Source: Octopus sinensis
Taxonomy: Eukaryota
Length of the DNA stretch: 64,000 nucleotides
Reading direction: 5' to 3'
Assembly (NCBI RefSeq): GCF_006345805.1
Contig: NC_043001.1
Coordinates: 51,770,001 to 51,834,000 of the forward strand
Below, piece after piece: positions 54,380 to 64,000 of the stretch. The notes under the pieces were generated by a model that was not told where the DNA came from, did not search any database, and saw nothing but the letters and a program-made list of their open reading frames with translations. The position numbers and the translations under genes are program-made. The first letter of the stretch is position 1. Every line of letters starts with the position of its first letter.

Positions 54380-54571
54380 GCTACTGCACGCATTTTTTTT
54401 CTCTCCTTCTTTCTGTGTTTTTTTTCTCTCTGTGTATCTTTCTGTTGAAGAGCGTAGGCTCGAAACGTTAAAGACTTGTTTTATTTATATTTCCTGAGCG
54501 CCATACTAATACAATTGTTCGTTTGTTTTCCACCTGCCTTCGTCTTTTGTCTATTTTCATAAAGCTTCCCG

Positions 54572-54573
<2 letters not shown>
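54380..54573 (+). mobile_element. Penelope-like pseudo-LTR with hammerhead-like motif
   Basis: tcttt-ctgttga-a-gagc gtag gctc-gaaacgtt-aaaga, ending at (TA)n. Similar copy at 59770-59920. Confidence 0.6.
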
Positions 54574-54623
<50 letters not shown>

Positions 54624-55242
54624 GATTCTCTTGTGAACGACAAATGAAGGTTCAGTAAAATAAAAAGTAAATAATGTTGTATGGACACGAATGTGCTGGT
54701 ATCTTGCAAATCTTTTGGAAAATAGAAGTTGAGGACTCAGTTTGCTTGAATGCTTGTGAATCATTTACTATATGTTTTCTTGAGAGGATGGCAAGGCCTG
54801 CTTTGCTTCGTGCCACAAATCACAATGACGGGTAAGGTGTTCATTTAGAGGAGCAGCGTTTTGCGTTCATGCTTGCACGAAGTTGGTCCCGATGCTGGAG
54901 TCGATTTTGCACAAATCCTTGAACTGAGGAGAAGCAGAATTTGCGCCAAGTCCTGCGTTCCGATACTTTGTTTTCCCTTGTAGAAAAGGGTTTGTCTTTG
55001 AGGCGTAAAAGTGGCATTCCAACCGACCTTCCTGTTGGGAATTGGCCAAACAGAATTCTGATATCACTCATACGTGAGAGATCATCTGAGCATCTAAGTT
55101 GCATTTTGATGTGGATACCTTCAATATCTGATATGTTGATTTTGTTAGTACCTCACTGTTATGAATATGGTCACATGGTTTTATATTGGAGATAATACGC
55201 AAGCATATGTATATATGTTTGTTATGTAAATATATATATATA

Positions 55243-56020
55243 GTGGAAAGAAACTCGGAGAGAGCGTAACAGCAGGTGGTCTTCAGAGGAGAAACCCCCT
55301 TTAGGCAAGTGTTTCGGTCCTTAACTCCTAACAGTCTAGGGAGGCCAGACCACATCCGAGTCATGACTTCCGGATGTCGACTTGCTGTCTGTTTAGTACG
55401 CCTTAGGTGGGATTGGTCTCTCTGGTTTCTAGCACTGCTGTGATGTGTGCTGCGGCCGTGAGAAGGGCTAAGTACTTGTTTTCAGCTGGCGAGCGTTCGG
55501 ACGACCCAGGTGCGAGGGTTCTTTTTTCTCACGGTCCCAGCGGGATTCGAACCTGGATCGCCGGCTCCAGAGGCGCAGGCCTACACGACTACGCCAATCT
55601 AGCACTCGGTTGAATTGGGACAAATTAAGTCTTTATGAAGTTGGCCTTTGTTTCTCCTAGACCAGATCCAACTTGAGACCTAATCCGCGGCTTTTCCCTC
55701 AAGGTTCTAGTTCTGCTTCTTCCAGAGATGGACAGCTGTTTCATGAGGCTGTAGGCAGACGAGCCTACAAATCCCCTGACGCCAACTTCGACTGCGAAGA
55801 CTTTGGTTTTGAATCCAGCGTCCCTCAAGTCTCTGGCCAAGTCGGCGTACTTTTCTGTCTTGTAGACATGGGTATCATCAATCCTGCTTTCGTAAGGCAC
55901 AGTGAGTTCGATCAGGAGGATCTCCTTGGCATTCTGGGAGTGGAGTACTATGTCAGGTCTCGGGCCGGTCTTCTATATACTTGCTGTTGGACCTGCCTTT
56001 GCTCGTGCTTTCCGTGTTGA
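55243..56020 (-). mobile_element. HERO-like non-LTR retrotransposon 3' end (restriction-like endonuclease)
   Basis: RPDIVLHSQNAKEILLIELTVPYE..KYADL..AVEVGVRGF, stop at 55625, then a 3' UTR running to (TA)n. Confidence 0.8.
55532..55603 (-). other. tRNA-Gln(CTG)-like sequence (SINE head or pseudo-tRNA)
   Basis: tggcgtagtcg (A box)..ctctggagccggcgatccaggttcgaatcccgctgggacc (B box GGTTCGAATCC); the acceptor stem is not intact. Confidence 0.6.
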
Positions 56021-56561
56021 AGTTAAGCCCACCTCTGACCTTGTATTGAAATCTTCTACGTTCCCTGTGCCAACTATTACCTATCAAGATGTTATATCTG
56101 GTTCAGCTGGGATTTTACCCGGTTAAATGTTCGACATATTCCTACATACTAGACCATCTGAAATCGCAGTCAAACTTTTGGGTGTACCTCGACTCGTTGA
56201 GAGTGATGTTTGTTTATTTCTCTCCCCTTAATGCCATCGTCTGTACAAAATTGATCAGCGTGTCCAATCTCAGCAAAATCTGAAGAAAAGTGTTAAGGTT
56301 ATGTCATAAAATATAATCCATGAGACCATGTACATGAAAATATCCCATTGAATTTTAAATCCCAATACATTATATGAATGATGGATGTTTCATATGTCGA
56401 TGTGCTTAATTTTACTCATGGGTCAATTTTCTTCAAAATCTAAAATCCCCCGCTCAAGATCTAAAATCCCCCTCTTCATGCTGGTATCAACTAATGGGCA
56501 TGAACTGTAATCGCGTGTAAAATTTCTACAAAATCGATAAGAATGTCTCTAAGGTGTAGGT

Positions 56562-56884
56562 CAGTGGTTCTCAGCCATTGTTTTTTATAACTATGGATCC
56601 CTTTGATTACTATTTTACTCTGGCGGACCCCCATCACCATTCCATGTTTGAAAACTAATTTTATAGACTTCTTTCAAAATTCCTATTTTGTTTATCGTAT
56701 ACCTCCTTGTGTAGGTTGAACTATGTAAAACATCAGAGAAAGAAATCTTGCGGTTTCTTGCAATAAATACATCTAAAGCAACAATTTCCCAAAGACCCGT
56801 AAAATACTTAAGTGGATGCCCACTCTACTGTTTTGTTTGTATGAACCCCACAAAAGTCGTATAGACCTCAGTTGAGAACCTCTT
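56562..56884. mobile_element. hAT MITE
   Basis: cagtggttctca ... tgagaacctctt, with a perfect TSD gtgTAggt on both sides. Confidence 0.85.
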
Positions 56885-57491
56885 GTGTAGGTCATAAACA
56901 TCTCATAAACAAAGTATTACCCATCACAGATTTGATTACTTATTATGACTATTTTACTTACTTTCGTAATGCTTCCTTGAAAACTACAAATTCACTCTTT
57001 CTTTGAATTCATTTAAATTTAATTACTCATTTGTGGTTACTTCTCATTGTAAAACGTCCAGAAATCGACAGAGTAAATCTCTGTAGTGCATAGGATAAAT
57101 ATATATCTATTTATTTCATATGTGATGCACACACAGTTGGTTCAGTTGCTGTGTGACATAGAGAGCAAATGTACAAGTTCAAATCGTAATATGAAACACC
57201 ATTTGCTTCATCCTGCTTGGTTGACAATACGATCTATTTCTATTACATATATAAGAAGTTCAAGGCGTTAAGAAGTGTTAAACTTATACATAAAACGTGG
57301 GTATTTGCTCTTACAGATATTATATTCAAATATCCAGACAAGAGCATGAAATAAATGATGTGCGATATGCAATATATGATATGCAAGTTGTACACATACA
57401 CACACACACATACACACGCGCACAGACGTCTGTATGCATATAGTTATTTAAGTGTGTGTGTGTGTATATATATATGTATATATATATACAT

Positions 57492-58260
57492 ATTAGCAAA
57501 AACACCCGTCATTGACTGGGCTGGGTAGAAAAAAGCTGCCAAAATTGTACTATGAATATTGAAAGTTATTCACTTAGATTGTATTGATTATATATAAAAA
57601 AAAGTTGTTAACTTTCATGTAGACGATAGAGCTGTTTTCTTCTGGCCAAAATTATCATGGATGCATATAAACTTCTGATCTATGACCTATAGTATTTCAG
57701 TCTATAAATGAAGCAAACATCGCACAGACTTTGGCATATGTCTAGCACAAGATAAGTAAATAAAAGTTCGGGGAAAACTAAAAACATATGTACTATAATT
57801 GATTGCACTTAAGTATTACAACAAACAAAAATACAATAGATTTTCTAAGACGAATATAGATGTTGACTCAAAGTTATTAATCATTCTCAAAATTTTAGTT
57901 TGTTGACTCCTTGATAGAAACTTCCTTATAGTCCATGTTTCAGATTTTACCAGTAGGGGCAAAATTGAAAAGATTGTTCTTGCTCCCCACTCTAGATGTT
58001 CCAACATAAAACTGACCGTGTAAGAAACAGTCCTCTACTAATTGCAAACCAGCAACTTTCAAAGTCTGAACTTGGGACTTATTAATGGACATCGCAAAAG
58101 ACAGACGTATTGGAAATTGAAGTCGTTCGAACTCGAAGGGCATATTGGAAGGTATTAAAGATAAGCGAGGAATAAAAACATCTTCGCCTTTTCTGCAGTC
58201 AGAAGTTATTGTGATCTCTATGGGATTTCTCATTAATTCTTCATAACAAGTCTTGTGCAA
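57492..58260 (-). mobile_element. Helitron 3' portion (helicase end plus terminus)
   Basis: EDVFIPRLSL..FERLQFPIRLSFAMSINKSQVQTL..HGQFYVGTSRV. Downstream are a hairpin cccgtc-att-gactggg and a degenerate CTAG at about 57492. Confidence 0.8.
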
Positions 58261-58959
58261 TTGCACAGCTTTGGTTGAGAAGAGTTGTGCAGAAGCATGA
58301 TTGGAGCGACTATTTTTAATGGAAGGCAATGAGGAGGAGCTCCTGGAGACTGTATTCTGAAGGAAGGCAGGGGAAAAACGAAAGTGATCTACGCTTTCTA
58401 TTCTGAAAGTGAGTAGCGAAAAAAAGCAAACAAAATAAAAACAAAAACAAGACAAAACAAAACTGATCTTCTACAGATGTAAATATAAAACGAATGTAAA
58501 ATAAGTAATACTTATAGCAATATAAACTAATAGAGCTCATTACAGATATAGCCCACCCCCACATACGTTATTATCTGTGGCGTTATAAAAAGCAAAGTTT
58601 GTAGGTTAACCGCTGAAAACAGTATATAAAATTGATAATATTTCAGGTTGTTGGTGTTATTTGAATTAATTTGAGCATTCTGCAGATAAATGCACTTATT
58701 TTCGGAAAATGGAATGGGGATGAGTGAGTCGGTAGTGTGTTGGCTGGTATTTCTAGCAAATGGTATACGGCTTATTTGACCCTATGCTTTTTACACATAT
58801 GGCACACCTACACAAGAGTGCCTCACCGAATTTTTTTTTTTTTTTGTAAGTGTAGGGAAAACGGGTATTTTGAAATAAAATGTTCTACAAATATGCTTCT
58901 AATGGTGCAGATATCAAGTAATAGAGCTTATTAACGTTATACATCCAAACAAACACCCA

Positions 58960-58998
<39 letters not shown>

Positions 58999-59399
58999 AC
59001 CACACACACACACCCACCACACACACACACACACACCCACCACACACACACACACACACACAAGTTAGCTGTATCCTTATGAAAAGCAAAGTTTGTTTGT
59101 AGGTTGACCGCTAAAATCAGTAAATAAAATGGATAATATTTCAGGTAGCAAATTTGCAACACGACTGAATAATCATCTGAGAGGTCATAGACGGAAACTC
59201 ACAAAATGTCACTGATTTCAAGGAAGCACAAGGAAACGGCAATCAACTGTGAAGTTGGAACAATCACCATGTGTGAATGAACTCATTTCTTTCTTTTATG
59301 TTCAGCAGGTGCTGTCTGAGTGAAACAATGCAACATTCAAAGGCCTTTTGCACTAACCTTATGCCTTAACTGCCGTCGCATAAATCCTATCACTGTTAC

Positions 59400-59532
59400 C
59401 GTTAATGTGGAAGTTGCCAGTGGGGTGTCAGTAGCTTTCTGGTTTTGATGTCCATGTTGGTTATCTCATCGAATGTCCAGTCCAATATCCCAAATGTTGG
59501 AACTAGCACTGGTACTGCAAAAGCATTGTGAG
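59400..59532 (-). pseudogene. Dong/R4-like RT C-terminal fragment
   Basis: NAFAVPVLVPTFGILDWTFDEITNMDIKTRKLLT. Confidence 0.65.
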
Positions 59533-59971
59533 AATTATATATGTATTTATTCAGTATATATATATAATATATATATATATATGATGATGATGGCTCCCCC
59601 CTCGTTATCGAGTATGGCCATTGCACGAGGCTTAACTGTTATTGATGCTGTGATCGAATGTGAATTTTATTTGCTTTTTAAGGCTACAGCCAGCCATTCA
59701 GTTGAGACTCACAGCACCATCAACAATCGTGAACAATGTTGTTATCGTGCAATACCTGGACCATTAGCTCCTACACGCATTTTTTTCTCTCCTTGTTTCT
59801 TTTCTGTGTATCTTTCTGTCGAAGAGCGTAGGCTCGAAACTTAAAAGACTTGTTCTATTTCTATTCCTGAGCGCCATACAAATGCCTTCGTCTTTTGTTT
59901 ATTTTCGTAAACCTTCTCGTTATATATAAATCTATATATATTGTATATATATATATATATAAATGTGCATA

Positions 59972-60079
<108 letters not shown>

Positions 60080-60450
60080 GTATTTGTGTGACCCTGTGTG
60101 TGTATGTGTATATTTCTACGTATGTTTAGTGGGAATGTACTGAATGAACTTGCACAAGTATGTCCTCTTTTCAAGATTATGAGTGAAGTAAAACACATTT
60201 TTTAAAAACTTGTACACCATATAATAGTTCACACAGCATTACACTTGCATCTTCACATTATAAAACTTTATACACTCCACCCAAAAACACATGGGGAGAG
60301 AGAGGGAGAGGAGAGGAAGAAAGATCGCATGCACTGTGTCGCATGCCACAAATATCTTGTGTACTATATGAAGGATTCTTTCACATAGTACATACAATAT
60401 TTGTCTCTTAAAATTTCTCGCCTAACCCCCATGCTGTAAATAGCTACATT

Positions 60451-61271
<821 letters not shown>

Positions 61272-61428
61272 TGTGGCTGTGTGGTAAGTAGCTTGCTAAC
61301 AAGCCACATGGTTCCGGGTTCAGTCCCACTGCGTGGCATCTTGGGCAAGTGTCTTCTGCTATAGCCCCGGGCCGACCAATGTCTTGTGAGTGGATTTGGT
61401 AGACGGAAACTGAAAGAAGCCTGTCGTA

Positions 61429-61479
<51 letters not shown>

Positions 61480-61688
61480 TTGTGTGTCTGTGTTTGTCCC
61501 CCTAGCATTGCTTGACAACCGATGCTGGTGTGTTTACGTCCCCGTCACTTAGCGGTTCGGCAAAAGAGACCGATAGAATAAGTACTGGGCTTACAAAGAA
61601 TAAGTCCCGGGGTCGATTTGGTCGACTAAAGGCGGTGCTCCAGTATGGCCGCAGTCAAATGACTGAAACAAGTAAAAAGAGTAAAAGA

Positions 61689-61690
<2 letters not shown>
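61272..61690 (+). mobile_element. Full-length, CpG-rich family A SINE
   Basis: Head, microsatellite and tail all present, with CpGs retained. Confidence 0.88.
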
Positions 61691-61735
<45 letters not shown>

Positions 61736-61738
<3 letters not shown>

Positions 61739-61830
61739 ATATATAAATCCCGTTCTGTCTGTTGTCTGTGCGCTTATAACTCGAGTATTGTTCATCCAAT
61801 CGCGTTGTAATTTTAAACATGGACACATGA
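61736..61830 (+). mobile_element. Probable Helitron 5' end
   Basis: A-TCTATATATAAA followed by ctgtctgttgtctgtg; no matching 3' end found. Confidence 0.4.
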
Positions 61831-63083
61831 GAGAGCGGGGCGTCCAGCAATTTAAAAGGTTTTTCATAATTGTTAGTTTCATAGTGAGAATCGCTATTTT
61901 TGTAATTTTTTGTCCTGTGTATTCCCTCATTATAAGCAACGAGTTTGCTCAGACAGCCGGCACTTACCATTTCACTAGCAACAAGGGAAGTACAGAATGA
62001 CAGTCAGCCAAAACCGTCACCATGTTGTCTCTCATCTTTCCTCTCTCTGCCTCTCTATGATGTCCGATTCCACTTGAAGTTGTATATATATTGTGTTATG
62101 ATTCGTTAACTATCAATTATCCTTATTGAAAAGAAACAGTCAAAAGTAACCACCACATACAATCACCAAACATCTCCACAACTTAACACCATCCAAGTTA
62201 ACCCTCTTCACCTTTACAGCTGACATGAGAAAGTACGAGATAAAGGCAACCATTTTAATTAAGCAAAAAAGAGAAAAAAATCGATTGCTGTTAAAACGTG
62301 TAACATTTTGGGGCTAATAATCTTAATCTTTAGTTACAGTTTCTCATAAAAGCTACATAATAGGCAGATTTGTCGGAATAAGACAGTAGGGTGTTTTGAA
62401 GGAGATTTGGCTGCTATTTCTATCAGGTCTAGCTACCATATAGAGGTCTCCCTCATTGGCTCATATGTACATATATACATACATTTATACATAAAATCGA
62501 AATAAAATACTTAAAGCAACAAGCGACAAATACAAAAGCCAAGGTCCATGCAGTGTCATGGGCCAAAAGAATTTCCAACTTCTTGCTTAATGCGAGCCTA
62601 TAGCAATCTCATCTCTAACATTATTTTTGTATTACGTCTCTATTGCAATGTGAGATAATACTTTCAGAACGCAAAACATCCAGACAGTTAGGTGATACAA
62701 AAAAAAAAGGAGCAACAAAACATGCAAATAGACGATACAAAGAAAACAAGGACAGGTAATTTGGGATTTTCTTTCCTCAGTCGAGTTCCAAATTATCTTT
62801 GCAATTTTGGCTGTTTATACTCGAGATTGCTCCAATCTGGCCAGCATATATATATATATATATACATACGCGCCCCACCCTTATATACACACACACACAC
62901 ACACACACACATATAAATATATATACATACAAATATATATATATTTACATATACATACATATATATATATACGTAAATATATAGGCTAGCGAATATTTTT
63001 AGAAATTTCACCACCAGTGGCCTAGCATGTATAAAAAGTCAATAGACAACATATTCTCAATATAAAATAGTGTACATTTAAAC

Positions 63084-63156
63084 ATGGTTACTGATGAGGA
63101 TTCGCCTAGCAAATTATTTAAATTGCTAAAGAAATCTGAAACCTAGGTATAACCGT
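63084..63156 (+). ncRNA. Type I hammerhead ribozyme (near canonical)
   Basis: atggtta-CTGATGA-ggatt..(tagcaa/ttgcta)..aatct-GAAA-cctagg-TA-taaccgt. Stem I is 7 bp, stem III is the palindrome ACCTAGGT, and cleavage is predicted after GUA at 63149. Confidence 0.78.
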
Positions 63157-63445
63157 AAAAAAATAAGAAGGTAAAAGTTTTTATTTTTGATTCCCTTCGA
63201 AAATTGCTCTTAAATGTGGTTTTGGCCGTTTTGACCGCTTCTTCTAGCGTGTAAAAATTACCTGTTAAAGGTAGTTTTCTCTTGTGTTTAAATGCACACA
63301 ATTTTATATTGAATATATTTAATTGAATTTAAATTATTATTATTCGAATTAAGTTATGGGCATGAAACGATCGCAGTGGTTTTACTTTTTATCTTATATT
63401 AAACTTTTTAATACTTTTTGATAGTTATATATATTTAAAAAAATA

Positions 63446-63503
<58 letters not shown>

Positions 63504-63506
63504 AAA

Positions 63507-63665
63507 TTCAAAATTTAAATTATTTATATTTAAAGTTAAAAATTAAAAATTATTAATTCATATTTATAAATTTATATATATATTATATATATATATATAA
63601 ATTTATAAATATGAATTAATAATTTTAAATTTTTAACTTTAAATATAAATAATTTAAATTTTGAA
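63507..63665. repeat. Near-perfect AT-rich palindrome
   Basis: Arms of about 75 bp with one visible mismatch around a (TA)n centre. Confidence 0.85.
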
Positions 63666-63791
63666 ATTTTATATTTTACATATTTTGTATATTATATTAA
63701 TTAATTTTATTTCTATGTTTTGGTTTATGTTTGTCACTGTTTGATTTACCTAATAGTGGTTTTATCTCTAATTTAATTTATATATATATAT

Positions 63792-64000
63792 ACTAGCTTA
63801 AGGTGACCCGCTCTACCCGCGGGTAAGAGTGTGGTTCTTACTTTCTGTTTTTTATCACCACATTCTCCCTCTTTGTTTCTCTCTCCTTTCTCTCTCACTT
63901 TCCCACTCTCTTACTCTTCCTTTCTCTCGGACTCTCCCTCGCTTTCTCTTACTCTCTATCTTTCTCTATCTTTCTCCCATTTATAAACAACAAAAGATCT
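63792..64000 (-). mobile_element. Helitron 3' terminus (element continues beyond the window)
   Basis: A-CTAG at 63792-63796 with adjacent hairpin acccgc-tctaccc-gcgggt. Confidence 0.6.

Noticed and set aside
54630-55195. CpG-rich segment with short ORFs on both strands
   Set aside because: No motif I can recognise; probably a repeat fragment, left unassigned.
55532-55603. Functional tRNA-Gln gene
   Set aside because: Acceptor and anticodon stems do not pair properly and there is no oligo-T terminator; kept only as tRNA-like.
57940-58455. Host PIF1 helicase exon
   Set aside because: Motif degeneration (KSQVQT), no clean splice boundaries and a downstream Helitron-type terminus.

Overview
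AT-rich eukaryotic DNA, almost certainly a coleoid cephalopod (Octopus-like, judged from the recurrent CORE-type and Nin/Deu-type tRNA-SINEs, Dong/R4 LINEs in (TAA)n tracts and very dense microsatellites). I could not establish any host protein-coding exon. Most listed ORFs are microsatellite, SINE or antisense artefacts. The window is a patchwork of transposable elements. The clearest is a young, nearly intact 2.8-kb hAT (Buster/Charlie) transposon with perfect 16-bp TIRs and an 8-bp TSD (9694-12488), whose transposase is broken only by a small internal deletion. Others are full-length but decayed DD41D (rosa/VS) and DD34D mariner elements, a pogo/Tigger relic split by the DD41D element, Helitron pieces, RTE, Dong/R4, L1/Tx1 and HERO LINE fragments, an LTR with a PBS-like site, and several MITEs. 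Four signals go beyond this list: (i) a near-canonical type I hammerhead ribozyme at 63084-63156, a second single-mutant hammerhead at 29650-29696 and four decayed variants in Penelope-like repeats; (ii) paired RFX X-box motifs at about 41.0 kb, at the edge of a CpG-depleted domain (about 5.5-38.9 kb) that suggests a methylated gene body; (iii) a tRNA-Gln-like Pol III head immediately behind a HERO ORF; (iv) non-coding elements that appear to target (TAA)n or (CATA)n microsatellites.
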